Positions 9,621 to 18,103 of a stretch of DNA of 33,679 bases are shown here, in pieces. Under the pieces are notes generated by a model. That model ran no database searches, was not told the origin of the DNA, and worked only from the letters and a program-made list of their open reading frames with translations. Position 1 is the stretch's first letter. Each line of letters opens with the position of its first letter. This DNA is from Syntrophobacterales bacterium. Its GTDB lineage: Bacteria; Desulfobacterota; Syntrophorhabdia; Syntrophorhabdales; WCHB1-27. Made by a program: the position numbers and the translations under genes. Location of the stretch: contig JADGQN010000003.1 in assembly GCA_017881765.1 (NCBI GenBank), positions 1-33,679 of the forward strand, written 5' to 3'.

Positions 9621-12600
9621 TCACTTGGAATCGCCAGGCCCCTTGGAATGCTCTTTGACCTGATGCATGAAGGCTTCCAATCTGGTTTGGACATTGGTTA
9701 ATCCCTGTCCGTCGTAGGCAACGTTGAGAACGGGCACACCGTACTTGTTCTGTATAAGTTTCATGAGCGCACTCGATATCGTGCCGGGCATACAGGTGAA
9801 CGGCATGGCATTGATGATACCGGAAGCGCCCTTACGTATGAAATCGATACTCTTGCCCACGCTGAGTACCGCTTCACCTTCGAAGCTCTCGTCGATATAA
9901 GGGCTGGCGTCGTTAATGACCTGCTTGACCCGTGGCTCTTCTCCATATCGCAGATATTCTGAAAATATCTCTTCCATGCGGTGCTCATCCTTCCGCTGGA
10001 TGTGGTCGGTAAGCAACATGGAAAGCAGATTGGGCAGGCTTCTTTTTTGGGTACTCCTCTTCCTCCCCATATAGTTAACGTAGTTTATCCATTCAGTGAT
10101 GGGTGCGAGCCAAGCCTCCCCGCCAAACTCCTCCACTTTCTTGACCAGATCGTCGTTGCTGAAACGGTTTGACCTGATATAAATTTCCCCGACGATCCCG
10201 ACGATCGGTTTCGCCGTCTTTTTTGTCGGGATGGAGAGGAAGCGCTTTACCGCATGCTCCAGGGTCTCGAAGAGACCGTTATTGCCGCTTTCAATGGCCT
10301 TGCAGATACCGTTAAGCATCTCTTTATATACCTGCTCCGTCTGCCCGGCCTTTTCCTCGTACGGTCTTATGCCGTGCAACATTTTCAGGAGCAGGTCGGT
10401 TGATACGATTGCCCGCCACCCGAGTCGGGAGAACTTGCCGCCGACAATATTCAGTTCCTGGTAAAGCTTTTCATCCTGGTTAGGAGCATAGATGGGTACG
10501 TTCGCGTATCCTCGTTCGTCAAGGACCATCCTGTGCAAACGATGGTACTGTCCAAACCGGCATGGCCCCCTGCCTGACGGCATGAAGAAGGCGCTTGCTG
10601 TTGGTTCGAACCCTTCTTTATTCGCGGTCTTGAGCATGTCGCCCGTGGTCAGGATACACGGATAGCACTCTTTACCGATCGTGTATTTGCGCCCCAACTG
10701 CACCGTCTGGTCGTCCGACTCTTCCATCACCTCTGCCTCAGCGCCTGCAGCTCTAAAAGCGCTGACAAACGGGAATGAATGGTCCGACATGTAGGGTATA
10801 TATATTTTCCGGGTCTTCTTGCCGATATAGAAGACCGGCGCGGCCTTTTCTTTCTCTACCCACTCTTTTCTGGCGTTCTTGATGCTGTCGAAGTAAGCCT
10901 CCAGACGCGTAATGACTCCGGCATCGCCGCTATGTTCATCGATCTCCAGCTGTAGAAAAGGCTTACCCTCCATGATCTTCTTGAAGAAATGCGTAATAAA
11001 GGAGTCAGGGCCGCAGCCGAAGTTGGTTATGTATATGGCAAAAAGATTGGGATGAGAGCGGACGATTTTTGCCGCCCTGAGTATCTTCTGTCCGTAGCCC
11101 CAGTACATCTCCGTAAGATCCTCGTCATCAGGGACACTGGAGAGTGGCAGCATATCAAGAGGTACTACCGGGACTCCAAGGTCAAGGAGTTTCTTGTGCA
11201 CATTCAGGTTCGCTCCGGGGTCCATACTGTTGTACGGCCTTCCAATAATCACCATTGCCTTTTCAGCACCCTTTATCCGGGAGAGAAAATCGGCACCGGC
11301 ACGAAGGCATTCGCCGTAAAATAAGTCCTGAACGGAATTGGCAATATGAAACGCCCGCTCCACCTCTTTCTTGGATCTGCCGAGGGATTTGCCGAATGAG
11401 ACGAGATTCTTAAGGGCGATTTGGGCTCCCTGGCCGAAGCGCACGATAGGGGACTCAAGTTTTACACCCATCGCTTCAAAGTCGATCGAGGCTTTGACCG
11501 TGTATGGCAGCGACTGGGCGTACGGACAGGTGAAGTTGGTCTCCACCCCTTCCGACGGTTTTTTGAGATCGATGATGCTCGGTATGAATATCCTTTTGGC
11601 GCCCTTGGCAATGAGATTGAGGATATGGCCGTGAGCGAGCTTGATGGGAAAACATGATTCAACAATGATGTTCTCTACACCCTCTTTGATCACCTTTTTA
11701 TTGGTAGCATCGGAGAGCAGAACGGAAAAGCCGAGTTCGCCCAGGAACGCCTTCCAGAAAGGCAGGAGTTCATGCATATTGAGGATTCTCGGGATGCCGA
11801 TCGTCTCACCTTTGGCTTGCGTGATTGGCGTATACTCCTTGTAAAGCTGATCCTCCCTGAACTTGAACAGGTCCGTGATATCCTTCTTCTGGACCTTCCT
11901 TACAACGTCATACTTCTCACACCTGCTCCCGTAATAAAGAGGCGTCTCTCCCTCGCACATTACCTTTCTGATCTCACAGAGGTTTTCGCAGCCCTTACAC
12001 TCAAAGGTATCTATTGTGTACTGCCGTTTGCTCAGATCAAAGCCCTTGAAGGTACTTTTCTCCCAGGTCCTCTCTTTCATGGCAAGAATAGCGACCCCGA
12101 TGGCTCCAGTGACGTCATGGTGCGAAGGAACGGTGATCGGCTTTCCGACCACTCGTTCGAAGGCGGCAACAACGCCTTTATTAAAGGCCGTTCCTCCCTG
12201 GAAGAAGATCCTGTTTCCGACCCTCCGGTCACCCACCACTTTATTCAGGTAGTTCAGGACTATGGAGAAGCAAAGCCCCCCCGCAATGTCCTCTACATCG
12301 GCACCGGCCTGTTGGTGGTGGATCACGTCCGATTCGATAAATACGGTACAGCGCTCCCCCATTTTGATGGGCGTATCGGATTTGAGCGCGAGGTCCGCGA
12401 ACTCGTCCTTGATAGAGAGACCGAGTCGCTCCGCCTGCTCCTCAAGAAATGAGCCCGTGCCCGCTGCGCAGGCCTTATTCATCTCGAAATCTACGATCAC
12501 CCCGTTATCTATGCTGATGTACTTTGAGTCCTGCCCGCCGATCTCAAATATGGTGTCCACTTCAGGATCAATCTCAATGGCAGCCTCTGCCTGGGCCGTT

Positions 12601-13787
12601 ATCTCATTCCTGACAATGTCCGCCCCTATGAAATCAGCCGTGAGATAGCGTCCCGATCCGGTCGTTCCCACACCCACGACCTCTATGAGGTCGCCTATTT
12701 CCTCCCCCATCTCCGCCAATCCCCGCTTGACCGCCTCGAGCGGTCTTCCACCCGTCATGAGGTATCTTTTTGCAAGCACATTTTTCTGCTCATCGATGGC
12801 GACAAGGTTGGTGCTGATCGATCCCACGTCCACGCCGAAATAAGCCTTAACCTTCTCTTTCGGCCTCTTCACATCGTATCTGATCTCTCTGTTCTTTTCG
12901 GAAAGTACAAGCGGCTCGTAAGCATCGGCCTGTTCCTCCTGGGCCAGATAGCTGTCTACGTTCTTTATGCCTTGATATTCCCTTCTGATCCGCGGTTCAT
13001 CCAGCACGGCATAGACCGCGCCGAGTGCGCCCATGGACGTGAAGCGTTCAGGCACAATAAACTGGCTCTCTTCCACGGAGAAGACTTCTTGTATCGCCTT
13101 ACGCATGCCCGGATTAGCGGCTACGCCGCCTATGAACGCGAGGGGCTTGGCTACTTCCTTTCCCTTGGCTATGTTGCTCTTAAAGTTTCGCGCCAAAGCA
13201 TAGCAAAGACCCGCTACCAGTTCGTAATCGGGCGTCGCGATCTGCTGTAGATGGATCATATCCGATTTTGCAAAGACCGTGCACCGTCCGGCAATCCGCG
13301 GTGTGTTTTTGGACTTGAGCGCAACCTCGCCGAACTCTTCGATCGTGAAGCCGAGGCGAGACGCCTGCTGGTCCAGAAACGACCCGGTTCCCGCCGCGCA
13401 CAACGTGTTCATTGAAAAATCTTTTATCTTGAGGGTGCCACGCTGAGCGTCTCTTTCAAAGATGATATACTTCGAGTCCTCTCCTCCGAGATCGATCACG
13501 CTCCCGACATGCGGATAGAGCGTCTGAAAGGCCTTGGTGAGAGCTATGATCTCGTTGGTGAATGCAGCGCCGACAAGCTCGGCGAATTTCCTGGCTCCGA
13601 CCCCGGTAGTGGCCACATACTCAATCCGGGCGCCGTGCTTCGTCGTAAGCTCCTCAAGGACCTCTTTCGCAGCTTTTATAGGTTTGCCTTTGTGGCGGAT
13701 GTATCTGTCTTCCACCACAAGCCCCTTGTCGTCAATGAGTACCACGTTGACGCTTACCGAACCAATATCAAGGCCGATCCTGAACAT
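9621..13787 (-). CDS. CoA-substrate-specific enzyme activase fusion: two BcrAD/BadFG ATPase domains plus two reductase/dehydratase-like domains; PlsA(R)/Ger-like
   Basis: Two ASKHA ATPase repeats (GLDIGS..GGEDSK..CAAGTG..RCTVF and GVDVGS..GGQDSK..CAAGTG..RCTVF), a CxxCxxxC..C linker, then CFPIK, CPY, FGCGPD, ECYP, PCRFGQY and MPFTCMP motifs. Confidence 0.85.
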   Translation of the reverse strand: MFRIGLDIGSVSVNVVLIDDKGLVVEDRYIRHKGKPIKAAKEVLEELTTKHGARIEYVATTGVGARKFAELVGAAFTNEIIALTKAFQTLYPHVGSVIDLGGEDSKYIIFERDAQRGTLKIKDFSMNTLCAAGTGSFLDQQASRLGFTIEEFGEVALKSKNTPRIAGRCTVFAKSDMIHLQQIATPDYELVAGLCYALARNFKSNIAKGKEVAKPLAFIGGVAANPGMRKAIQEVFSVEESQFIVPERFTSMGALGAVYAVLDEPRIRREYQGIKNVDSYLAQEEQADAYEPLVLSEKNREIRYDVKRPKEKVKAYFGVDVGSISTNLVAIDEQKNVLAKRYLMTGGRPLEAVKRGLAEMGEEIGDLIEVVGVGTTGSGRYLTADFIGADIVRNEITAQAEAAIEIDPEVDTIFEIGGQDSKYISIDNGVIVDFEMNKACAAGTGSFLEEQAERLGLSIKDEFADLALKSDTPIKMGERCTVFIESDVIHHQQAGADVEDIAGGLCFSIVLNYLNKVVGDRRVGNRIFFQGGTAFNKGVVAAFERVVGKPITVPSHHDVTGAIGVAILAMKERTWEKSTFKGFDLSKRQYTIDTFECKGCENLCEIRKVMCEGETPLYYGSRCEKYDVVRKVQKKDITDLFKFREDQLYKEYTPITQAKGETIGIPRILNMHELLPFWKAFLGELGFSVLLSDATNKKVIKEGVENIIVESCFPIKLAHGHILNLIAKGAKRIFIPSIIDLKKPSEGVETNFTCPYAQSLPYTVKASIDFEAMGVKLESPIVRFGQGAQIALKNLVSFGKSLGRSKKEVERAFHIANSVQDLFYGECLRAGADFLSRIKGAEKAMVIIGRPYNSMDPGANLNVHKKLLDLGVPVVPLDMLPLSSVPDDEDLTEMYWGYGQKILRAAKIVRSHPNLFAIYITNFGCGPDSFITHFFKKIMEGKPFLQLEIDEHSGDAGVITRLEAYFDSIKNARKEWVEKEKAAPVFYIGKKTRKIYIPYMSDHSFPFVSAFRAAGAEAEVMEESDDQTVQLGRKYTIGKECYPCILTTGDMLKTANKEGFEPTASAFFMPSGRGPCRFGQYHRLHRMVLDERGYANVPIYAPNQDEKLYQELNIVGGKFSRLGWRAIVSTDLLLKMLHGIRPYEEKAGQTEQVYKEMLNGICKAIESGNNGLFETLEHAVKRFLSIPTKKTAKPIVGIVGEIYIRSNRFSNDDLVKKVEEFGGEAWLAPITEWINYVNYMGRKRSTQKRSLPNLLSMLLTDHIQRKDEHRMEEIFSEYLRYGEEPRVKQVINDASPYIDESFEGEAVLSVGKSIDFIRKGASGIINAMPFTCMPGTISSALMKLIQNKYGVPVLNVAYDGQGLTNVQTRLEAFMHQVKEHSKGPGDSK

Positions 13788-13843
13788 CCAAATCCCCCCG
13801 CAAACGCATTGATTTTAGGCCGTCCGTGTGTTAAATACCTAAT

Positions 13844-13872
13844 AGGATATCGATTCGACTCATAAAAGTCAA
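13844..13872 (-). promoter_or_regulatory. Possible sigma70 promoter for the activase fusion gene
   Basis: Minus strand reads TTGACT-17 bp-TATCCT, about 55 bp upstream of the ATG at 13787. Confidence 0.45.
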
Positions 13873-14147
13873 TGATGCGAAGGGCGGAGATACTAGTCAG
13901 AGGTCTGGTTCAGGGGGTTTCTTACCGCTATAATACAAAAAGGAAGGCGGAAGAATTTCATCTCACGGGCGGTGTGCGAAACCTGAGGGATGGCCGGGTA
14001 GAAGTTATCTGTGAAGGGGCCGACGAAGCTATCGGAAAACTGATCGAATGGTGTAAGCTTGGCCCCGAGGGAGGGGTTGTAGAGCATGTGGATGTTGCTT
14101 GGAAGGAATATACGGGTGAGTTCAAGGAGTTTAGTATCCTCTATTGA
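13872..14147 (+). CDS. acyP: Acylphosphatase
   Basis: 91 aa with GLVQGVSYR and GGVRNLRDGRVE (catalytic Arg and Asn) and WCKLGP. Confidence 0.95.
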   Translation: MMRRAEILVRGLVQGVSYRYNTKRKAEEFHLTGGVRNLRDGRVEVICEGADEAIGKLIEWCKLGPEGGVVEHVDVAWKEYTGEFKEFSILY

Positions 14148-14166
14148 TGACCTCTTTAAGCGCGTG

Positions 14167-14373
14167 TTATACCAATTCGCCTTCATGCGTATACCTTCGT
14201 TGTCGCTGCTTCCTTCCAGGATGCTTCCTTCCAGGATGCTTCGCTACCGCTATCGCTCTCCGCGACGTACTTCTGAGTACGCCCGGGTGCCCGCTTGCGG
14301 GTGGGGCTCCTCGCTGCCGCCCGGCGCACCCGGCCAAAGGCTGGGTCGTCCGCTTGAATACAAATTGGTATTA
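14167..14373. mobile_element. MITE-like non-autonomous element (201 bp, 14170-14370) flanked by TTA direct repeats
   Basis: Imperfect ~20-bp terminal inverted repeats TACCAATTCGCCTTCATGCG and CGCTTGAATACAAATTGGTA. TTA at 14167-14169 and 14371-14373. Internal hairpins (GTAC-TTCTGA-GTAC, CCCGC-TT-GCGGG, CCGGGTGC/GCACCCGG). No credible ORF. Confidence 0.7.
14207..14242. repeat. 15-bp tandem repeat (TGCTTCCTTCCAGGA, 2.4 copies)
   Basis: Exact copies at 14207-14221 and 14222-14236, plus a partial TGCTTC. Confidence 0.95.
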
Positions 14374-14378
14374 AGCCG

Positions 14379-15197
14379 ATGAACATTCAAACCGCTTTTT
14401 ACTTACCGGTCATTCTCTATTTCATCGCGACGCTCTGCTATCTTACCTATCTTGCCGGCAAGAAGGAAATCATCGAGAAGATAGGTTCTTACGTCCTCGC
14501 GTCCGCCTGCCTCGTGCACCTTGCAGCCACCCTCTTCAGGTATATTGAGGCAGGCTACACTCCGATAACAAACCTGCACGAGTCCCTTTCGTTTTTTGCC
14601 CTCTGTACCGCGGTCTTCTTTCTTTATTTAAGGAAGATATACAGGATCGCGGGGCTCGGGAGCATCGTACTTCCCGTCATATTGGTCATGGTTATCTGGG
14701 CGCTCACCCTGCCTTCTCCCATAAAGCCCCTACCTCCCGTGCTTCAGAGCTACTGGCTCCCCATCCATACCGGTTTTGCATTCATCGGCGACGCCATTTT
14801 TCTTGTGGGGTGTCTCGTTTCGATCCTCTATCTCCTTGCGGAAAGGGATATCAAGAGAAAAAAACTCCACACTATTTTTGGAAGCTTCCCCTCCCTTGAG
14901 ACGCTTGACGGGATAAACTACAGGTGCATGTCCTATGGCTTCCCCTTTCTCACGATCGGTATCATAACGGGCTCAATCTGGGCTCAGTCCGCCTGGGGTT
15001 CTTCCTGGAGCTGGGATCCAAAAGAAACCTGGTCGCTTATCACGTGGATTGTATACGCTATCCTGATCCACAACAGGCTGACCATGGGATGGCGCGGCAG
15101 AAAAACGGCATACCTGATGATCCTTGGGTTCATATCAGTGGTCGTGACCTTCCTCGGCGTCAATCTCTTTATTGGAGGACTCCATTCCTACATCTGA
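14379..15197 (+). CDS. ccsA: Cytochrome c biogenesis protein CcsA/CcsB (ResC) family, or HemX-like heme-handling membrane protein
   Basis: Multiple transmembrane segments, PITNLHES, LQSYWLPIH, the WWD domain WAQSAWGSSWSWDPKETWSL and C-terminal GLHSY. Confidence 0.9.
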   Translation: MNIQTAFYLPVILYFIATLCYLTYLAGKKEIIEKIGSYVLASACLVHLAATLFRYIEAGYTPITNLHESLSFFALCTAVFFLYLRKIYRIAGLGSIVLPVILVMVIWALTLPSPIKPLPPVLQSYWLPIHTGFAFIGDAIFLVGCLVSILYLLAERDIKRKKLHTIFGSFPSLETLDGINYRCMSYGFPFLTIGIITGSIWAQSAWGSSWSWDPKETWSLITWIVYAILIHNRLTMGWRGRKTAYLMILGFISVVVTFLGVNLFIGGLHSYI

Positions 15198-16497
15198 AAG
15201 CAATGCTGCCTGCTTTGCCGTAGTGGGTGTGAGCCACAGCACAGCTCCTCTTGATGTGAGGGAAAAGCTCCACATCGCTGAAGATGCAATTCCCGGCTTG
15301 CTTCAAGACTTGAAAAACGCCGGTGCCGCGGAAGTTGTGATACTCTCGACCTGTAACAGAACAGAGATATACGCAGGCGGCGCCTCCCTGGAGGAGGCAG
15401 TACATGCCGTCAATGAAACGCTGGAGAAGAACCTCGGCATCACCAGGGAGTGGCTGCATAATTACTCCTACACCCTCAGTTTTGAAGACGCTTACAGGCA
15501 CCTTTTTCTTGTCGCATCAGGCCTCGATTCCATGGTAGTCGGTGAACCGCAGATTCTGGGACAGGTGAAGGATGCATACAAGCAAGCCGCACTTGGTGGG
15601 GCAACGGGCCAGCTTTTCGAAAAGGTTTTCAATCGCGCCTTTCAGACGGCGAAGAGGGTAAGGACGGAAACCAGGATCGGCTACAATCCCGTCTCCATCA
15701 GCAGCATGGCAGTGGAGCTCGCGCGAAAGATATTCGGCGAATTCAACCAGAAAAAGATCCTGGTGATCGGAGCCGGAGAGATGTGCGAAATTGCCCTCAA
15801 ACATTTCAAGAAGGAGGGCGTGCAGGAGGTCTATATCACGAACCGGACCTTTCAGAAAGCACAGCTGCTCGCCGAGGAGATCATCGGCACACCCTACCCT
15901 TTTGAGGAGATTCCCGAATTGCTCCTCAAAGTGGACATGGTTCTTTCATCCACGGGAGCGGACAGACCGATCATAGATAAAGACCTCGTAGTGACGGTCA
16001 TGAAGAGGCGGAAACATAGACCGCTCTTCTTCATCGATATCGCGGTTCCTCGCGACGTCGAACCCGAGATAAACAACGTCGAGAATGTCTACCTGTACGA
16101 TATCGACGATTTGAAAGGCCTCTCGCAGGCACATATGGCCGACCGCATCCAGGAGTCGGAGCATGCCCATGCCATCGTTGAGGGGGAGGTGGGCAAGTTC
16201 GAGGCATGGCTGAAGCAGCTCGACCTGAGCCCCGTCATTACCCAGGTCCTGGATAAGCTCGAGAAAGTCCGCGCAGGAGAAGTGAAGAAGGCAGCACAGC
16301 GCCTGAAAGACGCCGACGAGGAGACGCTCAAACAGATGGAGCTGCTCTCAAAAGCTATCGTCAACAAGATAGCCCACCCCCACATTATGATGATCAAAAG
16401 AAATGGGAGCCCCCTCGTGCTCGACGTGATGAAAAGCCTGTTCCAGTTTGAGGAGGAAAATGAAAAAGAGATGGATACTGGGGACAAGGGGGAGTAA
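15172..16497 (+). CDS. hemA: Glutamyl-tRNA reductase (start codon uncertain)
   Basis: GVSHSTAP, catalytic LSTCNRTE, ASGLDSMVVGEPQILGQVK, IGAGEM and DIAVPRDV. Confidence 0.96.
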   Translation: MEDSIPTSESNAACFAVVGVSHSTAPLDVREKLHIAEDAIPGLLQDLKNAGAAEVVILSTCNRTEIYAGGASLEEAVHAVNETLEKNLGITREWLHNYSYTLSFEDAYRHLFLVASGLDSMVVGEPQILGQVKDAYKQAALGGATGQLFEKVFNRAFQTAKRVRTETRIGYNPVSISSMAVELARKIFGEFNQKKILVIGAGEMCEIALKHFKKEGVQEVYITNRTFQKAQLLAEEIIGTPYPFEEIPELLLKVDMVLSSTGADRPIIDKDLVVTVMKRRKHRPLFFIDIAVPRDVEPEINNVENVYLYDIDDLKGLSQAHMADRIQESEHAHAIVEGEVGKFEAWLKQLDLSPVITQVLDKLEKVRAGEVKKAAQRLKDADEETLKQMELLSKAIVNKIAHPHIMMIKRNGSPLVLDVMKSLFQFEEENEKEMDTGDKGE

Positions 16498-17368
16498 GCT
16501 TGCCCTCAGGCAGACAGAGATCGTAATCGGCAGGTTGCACGCGCTCTATCCGGACCACCAGTTCGTAGCAGAGATCATCAAGACGACTGGGGATACCATC
16601 TGGGACAAGCCGCTTCATCTGATTGGCGGGAAAGGGCTCTTTGTTAAAGAGATTGAAGAGGCGCTTCTGGCAGGCAGGATTGACATGGCTGTCCACAGCG
16701 TGAAGGACATGCCCGTTGAACTTCCTGAAGCGCTCGTGCTCGGTGCGGTTCTGGAGCGGGAAAATCCTCGCGACGCGTTCATATCGGTCACACACGGGAG
16801 ATTTGCGGACGTGGGGCCGGGCGGAAGAATCGGTACCGGAAGCCTCAGACGGAAGGCCCAGATTCTCAATCTCAACAAAGAGCTTGAAGTTGTACCCATC
16901 AGAGGCAATGTGGACACCCGGCTGCGCAAGTTGCGGGAACAGGGCCTGGACGCGATTGTTCTCGCCTGTGCCGGCGTCAAGCGCATGGGCTTTGCGGAGC
17001 ACATCAAGGAAGTCCTATCCTTCGAGATGATGGTGCCTCCCTCAGGACAGGGGGCCATAGGCATCGAAACACGCGATGAGACTCAGCTGCTCGATCTTCT
17101 CAGGCCACTTAATGATGAGCAGACTATGTTCGAGGTCTCCGTGGAGAGAAGGCTGCAGGCGCTCATCGGAGGCGGCTGCAGTGTGCCTCTCGGCATCAAC
17201 GCCTCTCTTTTTGACGGGAGATTGACCATCCACTCCGCCTTCGGCACCGAGGAAGGAGAGCTTCTCGTGAAACAGCGGTTAGACGGCCGCCCGGACGAAG
17301 CCGACGCGCTCATAGCCGCAAGCCTGAAACCAATACAAGAGGCGCAGGAGAAGCTGGGCCCGGGGTAA
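16460..17368 (+). CDS. hemC: Hydroxymethylbilane synthase (porphobilinogen deaminase)
   Basis: GTRGSKLALRQ, GGKGLFVKE, AVHSVKD, IRGNVDTR and GGCSVP. Start set at ATG 16460 after AGGAGG. Confidence 0.97.
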   Translation: MKKRWILGTRGSKLALRQTEIVIGRLHALYPDHQFVAEIIKTTGDTIWDKPLHLIGGKGLFVKEIEEALLAGRIDMAVHSVKDMPVELPEALVLGAVLERENPRDAFISVTHGRFADVGPGGRIGTGSLRRKAQILNLNKELEVVPIRGNVDTRLRKLREQGLDAIVLACAGVKRMGFAEHIKEVLSFEMMVPPSGQGAIGIETRDETQLLDLLRPLNDEQTMFEVSVERRLQALIGGGCSVPLGINASLFDGRLTIHSAFGTEEGELLVKQRLDGRPDEADALIAASLKPIQEAQEKLGPG

Positions 17369-17385
17369 GTAAAAAAGGCCCGGGG

Positions 17386-17492
17386 CATGACGGGTCAAGG
17401 GTCAGGGGTTACGAGACGTCATGAAGGGCTGACCGGTCCATCTGGTCTGTTTTGGCGAGATAGACCAGACGACGAGACAGACTAAATAGACC
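17386..17492. repeat. 7-mer and 9-mer degenerate repeat arrays with hairpins between convergent hemC and cooT
   Basis: GGGTCAA-GGGTCAG-GGGTTAC (17392-17412) sits inside CATGACG/CGTCATG. TCTGGTCT (17441-17448) pairs with AGACCAGA (17462-17469). Roughly 9-nt-period AGAC units continue to 17492. Confidence 0.55.
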
Positions 17493-17676
17493 TGTCTTTT
17501 ATGACTACTTTGTTATCTGTCAGGGAGACCGATTCTATCTCGGCGTCGTAGACCTTCTGTTCCCCGAAGATCGTTTCAAAACGGAGCCCTTCATCCTCCT
17601 GCTCGATTAAGTAAACATCTTTGAGAAGGAGAATCTCCTCTCCACCTTCCTGCTTGAACACCTTTACTTCACACAT
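17482..17676 (-). CDS. cooT: CooT family nickel-binding protein
   Basis: 64 aa with N-terminal MCE (Cys2 is the Ni ligand in CooT), DVYLI and TIFGEQK. Overlaps the upstream gene by 13 nt. Confidence 0.8.
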   Translation of the reverse strand: MCEVKVFKQEGGEEILLLKDVYLIEQEDEGLRFETIFGEQKVYDAEIESVSLTDNKVVIKDRSI

Positions 17677-18086
17677 CGTTCGATCCCCTTTTCCACTTCG
17701 TGAACCAGAATGTCTATCATCTGCGGGATGGAAAGGCCCGGCGCTCCTATCACAACCAGGTTGCTTTGGGTCACGGGTAGGATATATTTTACTGCCTCGG
17801 AGTCCGCCACTGCCTGCGCCATCCTCGGTGTAAACTCCCCGAGCATGGAGTTAGCCATGAGAATATTGATCGTCCCAATCACCATATCTGCCTTCGGCAG
17901 GGTCGTTACCATTGCATTCTCGCCGGATGCCCCTTTGTTTGCACGGGCCTTCATCATATTCTGCGTTGCCAGGGAGTTGGTGCCAAGCGCGATAATCTCC
18001 ACGTGCTCCTTAAGGCGCTCTTTCAGCCTGGCAATGATCACGCTGCCTATTTTGCCGCCCTGACCGTCAACAACACAGATAATCAC
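17664..18086 (-). CDS. DUF3842 family protein
   Basis: ICVVDGQGGKIG, ALGTNSLAT, KGASGENA and ANSMLGEFTP match the DUF3842 pattern as I recall it. Confidence 0.85.
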   Translation of the reverse strand: MIICVVDGQGGKIGSVIIARLKERLKEHVEIIALGTNSLATQNMMKARANKGASGENAMVTTLPKADMVIGTINILMANSMLGEFTPRMAQAVADSEAVKYILPVTQSNLVVIGAPGLSIPQMIDILVHEVEKGIERCVK

Positions 18087-18103
18087 ACAACCCTCGACAA
18101 ATG

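Noticed and set aside
14086-14386. Three small ORFs (98, 76 and 67 aa) between acyP and ccsA
   Set aside because: They lie on the MITE-like element, and their repeated peptides (LPSRM, CFLPG, EASWK) are translations of the 15-bp tandem repeat.
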